Assembly (NCBI GenBank): GCA_052327205.1
Contig: CM126206.1
Span: 165,044,001-165,108,000, forward strand
Source of the DNA: Somniosus microcephalus
Taxonomy: Eukaryota
Length of the DNA: 64,000 nucleotides
Direction of reading: 5' to 3'
Positions 12,701 through 25,528 of the stretch are shown here, in pieces. A program made the translations under genes and the position numbers. Position 1 is the stretch's first letter. Every line of letters starts with the position of its first letter. The notes under the pieces are model-generated. The model was given only the letters and a program-made list of their open reading frames with translations, was not told the DNA's origin and searched no databases.

Positions 12701-13235
12701 CTGGCTACTGTGGGTAGAGGACCTGTCTTGCAGTGTTGACCCCTTGCACAAAGCTGGAGTGCTGTGTGCGAGACCCTGGGTGTCCCTTCCCTGGCTTGTT
12801 GAGCCATTTGTATTTTTTTGATGTTCGGAAGGGAATTCAGCTTTAAGTGCTGAAGACTCCCATTTGGACCTTTTTTAACGTTAATTTTTTTTAAAGCAAT
12901 AAGGGCTGAAAACTGCATTTTTTCCACTTCATTTTAATTTTTATTAGTTCTGAACGCATTGCCCCTTTAATTCATACCCCTTTTAATTGCCCACAATTCC
13001 TTGTGAACTCCACAGCTCAGAGGCTGTTAGAAGCTGGAATGCCCCTTCAGGATGGGATGTTTGACTTCCATGCCTGCACTAATGCCACCAGGAGGGTGTT
13101 ACACAGTAAGTTAGTGCTGGGCTAAAAACCTTTCGCCCCCAGCGCAAATTTTTCTCGGGTAGTGCTGCGTCCATTTTCAGCGGCCGTTAACCCGAGTTAC
13201 TGGTGACCCTGGTGGCGGCCATGAATTTTTACCTC
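9790..13235. mobile_element. Degenerate Harbinger element B, interrupted by a CR1; Myb/SANT remnant on - strand (exon 1 12579-12807), transposase tail near 11730-11825
   Basis: MAQQAREGTPRVSHTAL.../MWDQITEAVTASS...WLQCPKNFHDLRPVVK|GTCAGT; TIR-like ends GGGATAGAAATT and AATTTTTACCTC; outer boundaries uncertain. Confidence 0.65.
10186..11575 (-). mobile_element. CR1 LINE, 5'-truncated (RT and 3' UTR)
   Basis: [50 protein letters not shown]; (TTCTTATG)-type tail. Confidence 0.93.
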
Positions 13236-13367
13236 TTATAGTCTCTATAAATTAATGACCCTGGTGTTACCTCCTCCATGACATAAGCACCTCTGTTATT
13301 ATAAAACGGCGAATCTTCTAACTTATCATGCACAATGGGAGATATAGAGATCTACTAGTAATTTAAT

Positions 13368-14120
13368 GGCTTGGAATTTGTGGGTGAGCAGCGAAGCGAA
13401 GGAGTTTGCTACTGGACCCGAAGTACGCTCTGCATAAGGATCTCGCAATCCCTGTGTCGCGAAGTTTGGATTTTCCTACTTTCAATTCAATTCAATGGAT
13501 TGTAATGGGGATTCCCTCTTTCGAAATGCTCTGATGTCAACAGGCTGTCTAAGCAGCCACTCAAAGGGCAGAATTCTCACAGACAGCGAACAAGGAAGTG
13601 AATAAGCTCTTAAAATTCTAACTTTTTAAAATGGTTAGAGTGAGCAACAGAAAGATTGGGGCTCTCACATGGGGAAAAGGCAAACCTGAAATAAAAATCG
13701 ACAAACTTATAAAATTAAAAAAAACATTTTTTGAAAAGTTTCTTAAAGATTTTACTTTTCATTAAAATGGACAAATTTCACACAGCACAAAATTTAATTT
13801 AGTTTTCCAGGCCCTTAACATTTGTTTAGCAGTAATAACGCTGTTAATACCCCAGTTACACCCAATCCTCTTGGGTCTAACTTTTAATGGGGAATGTAAC
13901 AGCGTACTTACTGCGGAAGAGCTGAAGTTTTCGTCAGTTTCAATGATTTACGAGATTTCACTGATTGCCGGCACAGTGCAGTCTGTTTGGAGCTGTTATT
14001 GACAGACCGCACCTTCAGGATATCTGCATGCACCAAATCCCCAAATTGCGGTCAATTTCAAAGGCGGAATGACTGCAAACGCTGCCAGTTCGCTGTCATC
14101 CCAACTACAAATTCTGGGCC
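13368..14120. mobile_element. Harbinger-type MITE
   Basis: Termini GGCTTGGAATTTGTGG / CTACAAATTCTGGGCC; flanks AAT and ATT (imperfect 3-bp TSD). Confidence 0.6.
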
Positions 14121-14341
14121 ATTATAATTTCTGTCTCTGTTTCTGACACAGCAGATTATAAATACCATTAATTATTATAGTCATGTGGAAGGTAAAAAAA
14201 TTGTAAATTAAAACTTCAAAAATTGTAGAATCACAGTGCCTCATGGCTGCTTACAAAATTATTTTCATCTACAATTAATGATTTTTTGATTTCCCTTAAA
14301 GATTCATAAGGTGTAATTCATATTTATATTTTCTATTACAG

Positions 14342-14446
14342 TGCACAGATTATGATTTTGAGTATGGGACAGAGTGTCTTCATTTAGTTCTGCAGTATTG
14401 TGGCACCTCAGCCAAGCTCATTGATGGGCCGTCTGATCTGTGGAAG
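14342..14446 (+). CDS. CRPPA: CRPPA/ISPD (D-ribitol-5-phosphate cytidylyltransferase) internal exon, equivalent to human exon 4
   Basis: ttctattacAG|TGCACAGAT...TGGAAG|GTAAGA; 105 bp, phase 0/0; translates [35 protein letters not shown], matching recalled human [35 protein letters not shown]. Confidence 0.96.
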
Positions 14447-15105
14447 GTAAGAGCGAACTGTTTATTTTAAATATCATGCTTTACCGAAAACATTATAGTT
14501 GTAAACATAAGATTGTAACCATGGTGTAGATTTTGGACAGGGCTCAGAACTTAAAATTCCAATAACATGCTCAGGAGAGGTTGGGAGGGGAAAAAGTGTT
14601 GCAAATTGGCAATATTAATCAAAGATTCTATCACTGCATTGGTGTCCTAGAGGGTTGTGTTAGAACAAAATCCTTATGGATAGTTAAGGGATAAAAAGGG
14701 AAATTAAACTATTCTTGTTGTGCATTATAGGCCACCAAGACTGTTCAGAAAGATATGTTTTATAAATAGGGGCATCGAGTACAAGAGTAAAGGAGTAATG
14801 TAAAATTTGTACAAAACATTGGTTAAGCCACATTTACTATGTAAAATGTTGGGCACCCCATTATAGAAAGGCTATCAAAGCCCTGGAACATACAACATAG
14901 ATTCACCAGGATGATGCCAGGGATGGGAAACTGTAGTTATGAGGAGAAACCTGAGGTACTGGGACTATTTTTGCTGGAGCAAAGAAGGCTAAGAGCAGAT
15001 TTAATCGAGGTTTTCAAAATTATGAACAGGATTGATAGAATGAATGAGGAAAGACCATTTCTTGTGGTTGGGGAATTAGTGTTGAAAACTCACCAATTTA
15101 AAACT

Positions 15106-15932
15106 GGGCGTCACCCTGGACAGGACTCTCACCTATCCGCCTCATTTCACCAACACCAGCCAAAAAGTAAAAACCAGGGTGAACCTGGTCCTGAAACTCG
15201 CTGGAACGTCATGGAGGAGCACAGCCAAACACTTTGCCCCGCAACAGTGGCCCTAGTCTGCTCTGCTGCAGAATACTGCTCTGCCTCATGGTCCTGCAGC
15301 CGCCACACAAAGATCGTGGACATGCAGCTGAATGTCACCATGAGGACGGTGTCAGGAACACTCAAAGCCACTCCAACTGAGTGGCTCCCAGTGCTGTCCC
15401 ACATTGCCCCGACTTCCATTCGCCACCGTGCTCTGAGAGATGGAAAAAATCATGAGCAACATCGACCTTCCCATTCATGAAGACTTGAAAAACCCACCAC
15501 GATAGCGCTTAAAATCGTGGCGGCCATGCTGGGAAACTGCAGCCAATATTCACGCAGCTGGTATCGACTAATTATCCAGATGTACAGAATCGTGGGACAC
15601 ATGCAACATAAGGAACAAACACCTCATCACTGACCCAACAACAGAGGTCCCTGGCTTCGACCTCCCTCAAAGACAGTGGACGGCGCTCAACCGAATCCGC
15701 ACAGGACATGGACGATGTGGCCACCTGCTCCACAAGTGGAAGATGAGGGATGATCCGAAGTGCGACTGTGGCCATGAGTCTCAGAACATGGAACACACCA
15801 CATCAACCTGTCCACTAAGATCAGGAGGCACCTAATTTCTCCACTTGGCATCTCAGGAGGCCATCGAATGGATAGCCAAACTAGGCATCCCATTATAAGC
15901 TTTTCCCGTCATACTAAACAACAACAACTACT
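15106..15932 (+). mobile_element. Ingi/Vingi-like (I-group) LINE, 5'-truncated
   Basis: LGVTLDRTLTY, SAAEYCSASW...WLPVLSHIAP, PGFDLPQRQWTALNRIRTGHGRC...CDCG...MEH...CP zinc knuckle; (CAA)n tail; 10-bp TSD ATTTAAAACT (15096-15105 / 15933-15942); clade label tentative. Confidence 0.75.
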
Positions 15933-16162
15933 ATTTAAAACTATTAAGAGGATAAGAAGTTAGGAGAAATTCCTTTACACAGATGTTATTGGAACACGGA
16001 ATACTATGCTACAGGGAGTGATTGAGACACAGACCATTGCATTTTGTAAGGGAAGAATCAATACACATTTGAAGCAGAGGGAAATACATGGCTGTAAGGA
16101 AGAAAGCAGGGCAGTGGGATTAGTTTTGGAATGCTCTAGCAAAGAACCAGCTCAGACACATT

Positions 16163-17277
16163 GGGTTAGATATTTACTGGGACGCATTGCGTAGGCTGGG
16201 GGGGTGGGGTGGGGTAGGGTGTGGAGTTTCGGATGGGAAACCCGGACGTCTGGGTTTTCCCACATGCTGTGGAGATTTAACTCCACAGCATACCACTCTT
16301 GGCCCTGACCGGTTCCCCTCCTGGAAGTGAGCCTGATTGACGGGCTTGGCTTCCAGTTGGGCGGGAAACACTCCGGTGGAGGCTGCAGGACCAGGTAGGT
16401 CCGATCTCCAACCCTGGGAGGGGGGGTCAGGTCCTTGAGAGGGTCCGATCACCGGTGGGGCATGGGTCCAACCCCGGGAAGGGTCCAATCTCCAATCCCG
16501 GGGTGAGTGTCTGATCCCGGGGGTGGGGGGGTTGGGGAGTGGGATCTGATCTCGTGGAGGGGTGGTCTGAAGGTGGGGAAGCCTGGGGGGCCAGGAGGAA
16601 GCTCTTCTGCTCGTCCTGGCCCACGAGGAGTTCTCCCTGAGGCTGGCCACAGTAAACATTCACTCCCTCCACCACCGGCGCAACGTGGCTGCAGTGTGTA
16701 CCATCTACAAGACTACAGCAACTTGCCAAGGCTTCTTCAACAGCACCTCCCAAACCCTGACCTCTAACACCTAGAAGGATAGGGGCAGCAGGCGCATGGG
16801 AATACCATCACCTGCAAGTTCCCCTCCAAGTCACACACCATCCTGATTTGGAACTATACCACCGTCCCTTCATCATTGTTGGGTCAAAATCCTGGCACCC
16901 TCTCCCTAATATCACACCTGTGGGCATATCTTCACCTCACGGACTGCAGTGGTTCAAGAAAGCAGCTCACCACCACCTTCTCAAGAGCAATTAGAGATGG
17001 GCAATAAATGCTGGCCTTGCCAGCGATGCCCACATCGCCTGAATGAATATAAGAAACCCTGCAAAACAGGTTAAATCCAAGGTTTCCAGCCTCAATAACA
17101 TTTAAAATGTCAGCCTGCCTCCTGGGAGCGGGTTGGCTGCCTGCCCCTTGTCCCGTCTCAGTAAAACCCAGAGGTCAGCAGGTTTGAGCCAGCTTCCCGA
17201 CATGCTTGTTGTTTTTGCCCATTTAACCCCCCACCAGGACCCAGTCCCACCCGCTCACCCATGTTAAAATTCCACCC
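16163..17277. mobile_element. Harbinger-type MITE inserted in a CR1 3' UTR, itself containing a LINE 3' fragment (~16653-17054, +)
   Basis: Termini GGGTTAGATATTTAC / GTTAAAATTCCACCC; CR1 tail continues on both sides; internal LINE tail CCCACATCGCCTGAATGAATA. Confidence 0.6.
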
Positions 17278-17905
17278 AATAAGACAAATGACCTCCTTCT
17301 GTGCTGTAAATGTCTATTGTCACATAGTTGTATTTGAGAATTAAAACATAATTTTAAATGAAGTGATGTAATGTGTGTCAATGCATAAAATCTATATATA
17401 GGATACTGAGATCAAGTGCTGCAATTGAACCTTTTTTATCGATTATAAATGGGAAGAGTCAGAGTATTGCATGTGAATGTCAGGCAGACTTCAATAAAAT
17501 TCATTCGTGGGCAGTCATCCTAATTGTGACATGGATTTTGTTTGTGTTAGGGTGATATAAGTATATGAACGTATAGTATGGCCTGTTTGCACTTAAGACA
17601 TACTATTATGGTATGATGAAGCTTGTTATGTTTTTATTCTAAAGATCAGCTTGAGTTTAAATGGAATATAGTTCCAGCTGGACCTGTCAATTTATGCCCT
17701 ATTATCCTTGAACATGAGGCTGTGGTTGTAAATGTTGCATGAAGATTGCAGTATGGAGCCAACATTACTTCACCTCTGTGGAGAGAACCAATGTGGACCA
17801 ATTTTCAGATTGGGAAGATATTACAGATAAATGCATTTGAAAAGTAATAGAGCAAAGGGAAGGGGGAGGGAAAATACACATATACGCACACCACAAAAAG
17901 AAATT

Positions 17906-18065
17906 GGTGGTGAAATTCATCTTGGGCAGTCGCACAGACAGCATGTTGGCAGCCCATTTCATACTCCGTCCGATTCTCTTCTTCATTGGCTTTAATGAAA
18001 AAGAAAACCGGGCGAGGTGTAAAAAGGGCTGCCAACGCGCTATGCCCCAGCTGAATTTCTCCCCC
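17906..18065. mobile_element. 160-bp Harbinger-type MITE
   Basis: TIRs GGTGGTGAAATTCATCTTGGGC / GCCCCAGCTGAATTTCTCCCCC. Confidence 0.65.
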
Positions 18066-18351
18066 ATAGAATGGTATGTAAAGCACTTAAGTGGAACACA
18101 GGACGTGGCTGAAGTGATACTAACATGAGACAATAGGAGTCAGGCTGAAATAAATTAAAGACATTTATGAGACACAGAGAATGTGTGAATAGTTGAGGTG
18201 GTGGGGGTAAGGCAGGTAGAAATAGAAGCAGGAAAATTGGCAAATTCATAGAATGATCGAATAGTACAGCACAGAAGGAGGCATTTCGGCCCATCAAGTC
18301 TGCACAGGCTCTTTTGAAAAGCAGTCCAGTTAGTCCCGCTCCCCTGCTCTT

Positions 18352-20802
18352 TAGGTAAGGTTGGTAAAGGGGATAAGGGAATGGAGTTCCTACAATGTGT
18401 ACAGGACTCCTTTTTAACCAAATATGTAAAAAGCCCAACAAGGGAGGATTCACTATTGGATCTAGTAATGGGGAATGAACCAGAGCAGAGAAGAGAAGTA
18501 AAAGTAGGGGAACATCTAAACAATAGTGACCATAATATAATACGCTTTAAAATGATAATTGAGAAGGACATAAGTATGACGAAGACCAGGATAATAGATT
18601 GGAGAAAAGCTGATTTTGAGGGGCTGAGAATAGAACTTGGGAAAATAAAATGGACAACAATATTGGCAAACAACGATGTAAAACAGCAATGGGAAACATT
18701 TAAAACAGTGTTCACCAGAGTCCAGGAAAAATATATTCTGCTAAAAAACAAGAACAAGCTAAACACTAATGAGACACCATGGATGAATAAAGCCATAAGG
18801 GGATAAATTGGGGGTAAGGAAAGAGGCACACATTAAGTATATGGACAGCAGGGGAGAGAGCATGATAAGGGAGAATTCAAAGAGATTAGGAGAGAAGTCA
18901 AAAAAAATTGGGAAGGCAAAGAGGAACTATGAAATTAAATTATCAAGGAACATAAAACAAAATAGTAAAATATTTTACAGGCACATAAATTTAAAAAAAG
19001 GAAGGTTGGGATGGGAATAGGGCCACTAAGGGATAGACAGGATAATACCACAGGCAGCAATAGAGAGATGGCAGAAATATTAAATAATTACTTTGCTTCA
19101 GTATTTACCAGAGAGATAGAACAGGTAGACATGACATTGGATGCTGAGATTAGTAATGAGATAAGTGCATTTAAAATAAATAGAGGAGATATATTAAATA
19201 AACTAATCAAACTCAAATAAACCCCCTGGTCTGGACAGATTACATCCATGCATTTTAAAAGAATCTAGGGAAGGGATAGCAGAGGCAATACTACACATAT
19301 TTAAAAATTCGTTAGAAAAAGGTGTAGTGCCAGAGGACTGGCGGGTAGCTAACGTAATACCTATATTTAGGAAGGGAGATAGAACATGTCCAGGGAACGG
19401 TAGACCAGTCAGCTTAACATCGGTGGCAGCAAAAATAATGGAATCCCTACTAAAGCAGAAAATAGAAGAACATCTAGAAGCCAAAATTATAATAATGAAT
19501 AGCCAGCATAGATATCAAAAGAGAAAGTCTTGCTTGACCAACCTCATTGAGTTTTTTGAAGAGGTAACAGAGAGAGTAGACAAGGGTAATATAGTAGATG
19601 TAACTTACCTAGATTTGCACAAGGCCTTCAATAAGGTACCACATCATAGACTCATGAATAAGATCAGAGCATGCGGAGTCAGGGGACAAGTAGCAGAATG
19701 GATAGCTAGCTGGCTTCAAGACAGAAAGCAGAGAGTAGTTGTAAAAGGTAGCTATTCAGAGTGGCAGAAGGTATGAAGTGGTGTTCCACAAGGATTAGTG
19801 CTGGGACCACTGTTGTTCACAATTTATATTAATGATTTAGACTTTGGAATCAAAAACACTATTTCTAAATTTGCAGATGACACCAAATTCGGGGGGGGGT
19901 GGGGGGATAGTCAATACTGAGGAGGACTGCAACAAATTACAAGTAGAAATTAATAAACATGCAGAATGGGCATATAATTGGCAAATGAATTTCAACACAG
20001 ATAAATGTGAGGTATTACATTTTGGTCGGAAGAATAGGGAGGTCACATATTATTTGGAGGGTGCAAGTCTGGCTGGGGTAGAGGAGCAAAGGGATCTCGG
20101 AGTACAAATACACAAATCACTAAAAGTAGCGACACAGGTTAGCAAGGCTATAAAAATAGCAAACCAAGCACGGGTTTATTTCTAGAGGGATAGAATTGAA
20201 AAGTAGTGAAGTTATGCTAAACTTGTATCAAACCTTGGTTAGACCACACTTGGAGCACTGCGTGCAATTCTGGTCACCATATTATCAAAAGGATATAGAG
20301 GCACTGGAGAGGGTGCAGAGAAGATTTACAAGGATGATACCAGGAATGCAAGGGTATACATATCAGGAAAGGATGAACAAGCTGGGTCTCTTTTCTCTTG
20401 AAAAGAGAAGGCTGAGGGGTAACCTAATAGAGGTCTTTAAAATTATGAAAGGTTTTGATAGAGTAGACAGAGAAAGAGTGTTTCCATTTGTGGGGAAGAG
20501 CATAACTCGAGGCCATCAATATAAGATAGTCACCAAGAAATCCAATAGGAAATTCAGAAGAAACGTCTTTACCCAGAGACTGCTGAGAATGTGGAACTCG
20601 CTACCACAGGGAGTGGTTGAAGCGAATAGTATAGATGCATTTAAGGGGTGGATAGATAAGCCTATGAGGGAGAAGGGAATAGAGGGTTACGCTGATAGAT
20701 TTAGATGAGGAAAGACAGGCGGAGGCTCGAGTGGAGCATAAACGCCGGCATGGACTGCTTGGACCGAATGGCCTGTTTCTGTGCTGTATATCCTATGTAA
20801 TC
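18352..20802 (+). mobile_element. CR1 LINE ORF2 (endonuclease C-terminus and RT, frameshifted), nested in an antisense CR1 (18246-18351 and 20803-21357)
   Basis: PTREDSLLDLVMGNE...HLNNSDHNII; PEDWRVANVIPIFRKG; KSCLTNLIEFFEE; RPHLEHCVQFWSP; flanks are contiguous - strand CR1 3' sequence. Confidence 0.9.
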
Positions 20803-21749
20803 CTTTCCCAATATCCCTGCAATATTTTTCTGCTTCAAATATTTAATCAATTCCCTTTTAAACTTTACTATTGAATCTGTATCCACCGCCCTATCAGGCA
20901 GTGCATTCCAAATCCTAACCACTTGTTGCGTAAAAGGATTTTCCTCTTGTCGCCTCTGGTTCTTTTGCCAATCATCTTACATCTGTGTCCTCTGGTTATC
21001 GACCCTTCAGCCATTGGAAACAGTTTCTCTTTATTTACTCTATCTAAACCCTTCATGATTTTAGACACCTCTATCAAATCTCCTCTTAGCCTTCTCTGCT
21101 CTAAGGAGAATAATCCTAGCTTCTCCAATCTATCCACATAACTGTAATCCTTCATCCCTGGAACCATTATAATAAATCTCTTCTGTACCCTCTCCAAAGC
21201 CTTGACATCCTTCCTAAAGTGTGGTGCCCAGAATTGGACACAATACTCCAGCTGGGCCGGAACTAGTGTTTTATATAGATTTAGCATAACTTCCTGGCTT
21301 TTGTACTCTATGGCTCTATTTATAAAGGCTGGAATCCCATAAACTTCATTAACTGCTTTTGGAGCAGGTCCAACAGCCCAAGAGCCTGGAAGAAGAAAAT
21401 AGCAGGTCGACATCAAAGCAGCAGACTGCTCTGCTCTGCCAGCAGGGTTCTGATGGAGGGCCCCCAACCCAAGCACCACCCTGTCTCTCACCCCCACCCC
21501 CCGAACCCTTGAAATGGCGACACATCCATCCCACACTGCCAGTACCTCTGACAAAGAGAAAGTGGGAACTGCATTTATGGTTTGAAGTAATTAAAGTCAG
21601 TATTAATGCCAGAGGGCTGAAAAGTACCTAATACTACTGCAAACAAGGCAGGCACATGGGATTAGGACTAATGCTTGTGTGGAAGATAAACACCAACATG
21701 GACTGGTTGGTAAAAATTCTATGCAATAGAGAGAGGAGATGCTGTTCCC

Positions 21750-22170
21750 TGATCTTGCATTATTCTTCATTGGAACAATGTAAAAGGTCAAAGACAGGAC
21801 AGAATGGGAGTGGGACATTGGCAAGAGGCAGAGATCTTTGAGTCACGCTTGCAGACAAAACAGTCGCGTTCGGCAAAGTGGTCCCCTAATCTGCATTTGA
21901 TCTCCCCAATGTAGAGGTGTCTACAGTATGAGCAGCAAATACAGTATATTAGATTTGAGAAAGTACATATAAATGGCTGACTCACCTAGCAGGGCTGTTT
22001 GGGGCCTTGGCCAGTGGTGTGGGCAGGTGTTGCATCTCCTGCGCTTGCTTGGGAAGATGCCAGGGGAAGGAGAGCAGCTCGCCGGGGTGATGGAAGAGTG
22101 AACCATTGTGTTGCAGAGGGAACAATATTTTTGAAAGGGGGGAGGGGAGGGAAAGATCTGTTTAGTGATG
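21750..22170 (-). mobile_element. Degenerate Penelope GIY-YIG fragment
   Basis: NLIYCICCSYCRHLYIGEIKCRLGDHFAE. Confidence 0.75.
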
Positions 22171-23228
22171 TGCAGCTATGGACTAGCTCTCCGAAAGGGC
22201 TCGGGAATTATCATGTGAAATGGGGCTGCTGATTCATTGCGGGGGTGGGGGGAGGGGGCGGGGGGCGGTGGACTGGTGCCAAAAACATAAAACTTGCTCT
22301 TCATTTCACTATAGAATTTCTTAAAAAGAGAAACATTCACAAGCAATTTTCAGGAAATTCATTCATCTGTCTATCTATCTTTGTTCTTGTGTTGGGGATG
22401 GGGGGGTGGTTTCGTACAATTCCTGCTAAGACTTACCCAGCTGTTGTCGTGAGGTCCAGTCTGAGAGAGGGCTTGGTGGCAAGTGCAAGTCCTCTGTGAC
22501 CCAGGAATTGCCACTCAGTGCCAGCCGCAACAGGACAAGCCCAATGGTGCTGATTGCAACTCCCTCTCCACTCCAGACAGTGAACCAGACAGTGAAATGC
22601 CATTGCTGCACAAGCCTAGTCCCCAATACTGCGCCTGTGCTTACAAAATTATTGAGACGTAGAAATAGAGCAGATGATGTGACAATTATCCATCGGTTAA
22701 ATGTGCAGCTGTACAATTTACTTTGAAAATCTGAAAGATGCATTGCTCGGGGAGCTGAAAGGGGAAATTGGTAGATTGCACCAACCACATCGGGATCGCA
22801 CAACAGTTCTGCCACCCCCACCGGAATTTCTACCTTATAGTGTTTTTTCTGCAGTCCGTCAGTTAATATGTTGAATATTTAATTTATTCTGGTTTCAAAT
22901 AGGTGCAAATTGATCCTTTTTAAACTTCTGAAGATCTTTGCAGCTATTAGTGTTCAGTACAGTAAAATCAGGAGCCATTCATGGGGCCACTTGGGAAATT
23001 TGCCGATTTCCTCTATACCCACTCTACCCTTACCTGAGATACTGTCTTTTTGATGCAACTTTTTAAGCAGGCTACCCATGAGTCGATCAAAATGGAGATT
23101 TATGTAAGAGGTAGGAGAACTAACAATTTTTCTTCAAACGGTATAGAAGGTACTTTTTTCTGGACAACTTCCCCTCCAACAGCAATTTTATTCATTACTG
23201 GTTGATTTCCTATGGCGTTGCACATGAG

Positions 23229-25528
23229 GAACATAAGAACATAACATAAGAACATAAGAAGTAGGAGCAGGAGTAGCCCATACGGCCACTCGGGCCTGCT
23301 CCGCCATTCAATAGGATCATGGCTGATCCGAACCTAGACTCACGTCCACATCCCTGCCCGCTCCCCATAACCCTTAATTCCCTTATCAGCTAGGAAACTG
23401 TCTATCTCCGTTTTAAATTTATTTAATGTTGCAGCTTCCACAGCTCTCTGAGGTAGCAAATTCCATAGATTTACTACCCTCTGAGTGAAGAAGTTTCTCC
23501 TCATCTCAGTTTTGAAATGGCAGCCCCTTATTCTAAGATTATGCCCCCTAGTTCTAGTCTCACCCATCAGTGGAAACATCCTCCCCGCATCCACCCGATC
23601 AAGCCCCCTCACAATCTTATATGTTTCAATAAGATCGCCTCTCATTCTTCTGAATTCCAATAAGTAGAGGCCCAACCTACTCAACCTTTCCTCATAAGTC
23701 AACCCCCTCATCTCCGGAATCAACCGAGTGAACCTTCTCTGAACTGCCTCGAGAGCAAGTATATCTTTTCTTAAATATGGAAACCAAAACTGTATGCAGT
23801 ATTCCAGGTGTGGCCTCACCAGTACCCTGTATAACTGAAGCAAGACTTCCCTGCTTTTATACTCCATCCCCCTTGCAATAAAAGCCAAGATTCCATTGGC
23901 CTTCCTGATCACCTGCTGTACCTGCATACTAACCTTCTGTGTTTCATGCACCAGGACCCCCAGATCCCTTTGTACTGTAACACTTTGCAGTTTCTTTCCA
24001 TTTAGATAATAACTTGCTCTTTGATTTTTTCTGCCAAAGTGCATAACCTCACACTTTCCAACATTATATTCCATATGCCAAATTTCTGCCCACTCACGTA
24101 GCCTGTCTATGTCCTTTTGCAGGTTATTTATGTCCTCCTCACTCACTGCTTTCCCTCCCATCTTTGTATCGTCGACAAACTTGGATACTTTGCACTTGGT
24201 CCCCTTCTCCAAATCATTAATATAGATTGTAAAGAGTTGGGGTCCCAGCACTGACCCCTGCGGAACACCACTAGTTACTGATTGCCAACCCGAGAATGAA
24301 CCATTTATCCCAACTCTCTGTTTTCTGTTAGATAGCCAATCTTCCACCCATGCCAGTATATTACCCCCAATCCCGTGATTTTTTATCTTGTGCAGTAATC
24401 TTTTGTGTGGCACCTTGTCAAATGCCTTTTGGAAGTCCAAATACACCACACCCACTGGTTCCCCTTTATCCACCCTGTTTGTTACGTCCTCAAAGAATTC
24501 GAGCAAATTTGTCAAACATGACTTCCCCTTCCTAAAACCATGCTGACTCTGTCCGATTAAATTATGCTTATCCAAATGTCCTGTTACTGCTTCCTTAATA
24601 ATGGACACCAACATTTTACCAACCACAGATGTTAGGCTAACTGGTCTATAGTTTCCAGCCTTTTGTCTACCTCCCTTTTTAAATAAGGGCGTTACATTAG
24701 CAGTTTTCCAACCTGCTGGGACCTTTCCTGAATCCAGGGAGTTTTGGAAAATGACCACCAATGCATCCGCAATCCCTACCACTACTTCTCTCAAGACCCT
24801 AGGATGTAAGCCATCAGGTCCAGCGGATTTATCCGCCTTAAGTCCCATTATCTTACCGAGCACCATCTCCTTAGTGATTTTAATCGTGTTTAGCTCCTCC
24901 CCCCCATAGCCCCCTGTTTGTCCAGTGTTGGGATATTTTTAGTGTCCTCTACTGTAAAGACTGATACAAAATATTTGTTCAACGTATTTGCCATCTCCAT
25001 GTTCCCCACTACTAATTTCCCGGTCTCGTCCTCTAAGGGACCAACATTCACTTTAGCCACCCTTTTTCTTTTTATATAACTGTAGAAACTCTTGCTATCT
25101 GTTTTTATATTTTTTGCTAGTTTACTTTCATAATCTATCTTCCCTTTCTTAATGAATCTTTTAGTTATTCTTTGCTGGCTTTTAAATGCTTCCCAATCTT
25201 CTATCCTCCCACTAGATTTGGCTACTTTATATGTCCTTGTTTTCAGTCGGATACTATCCTTTATTACTTTACTTAGCCACGGATGGCTGTCTTTTCTTTT
25301 ACGCCCCTTTTTCCTCAGTGGAATATATTTTTCTTGAAAGTTGTGAAATATCTCCTTGAATGTACACCACTGCTCCTGTACCGTCTTACACCTTAATCTA
25401 TTTTCCCAGTCCACTTTAGTCAACTCTGCTCTCATACCTTCATAGTCTCCTTTATTTAAGCTTAGTACGCTGGTTTGAGATCCAACTCTCTCACCCTCCA
25501 ACTGAATTTGGAATTCAACCATGTTATG
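23229..25528 (-). mobile_element. Young CR1 LINE, 5'-truncated, with an open 508-aa RT segment
   Basis: ORFs 24890-25522 and 23340-24866 with complete RT motifs ([41 protein letters not shown]); tail (TTCTTATG)n. Confidence 0.95.

Larger units (their letters stand above)
14760..17320 (+). mobile_element. Old CR1 3' fragment, split by an Ingi/Vingi-like LINE and a Harbinger MITE
   Basis: RFTRMMPGM...LGLFLLEQRRLRADLIEVFKIM; resumes at 15943, and its 3' UTR (ATGACCTCCTTCTGTGCTGTAA) resumes after 17280. Confidence 0.75.
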
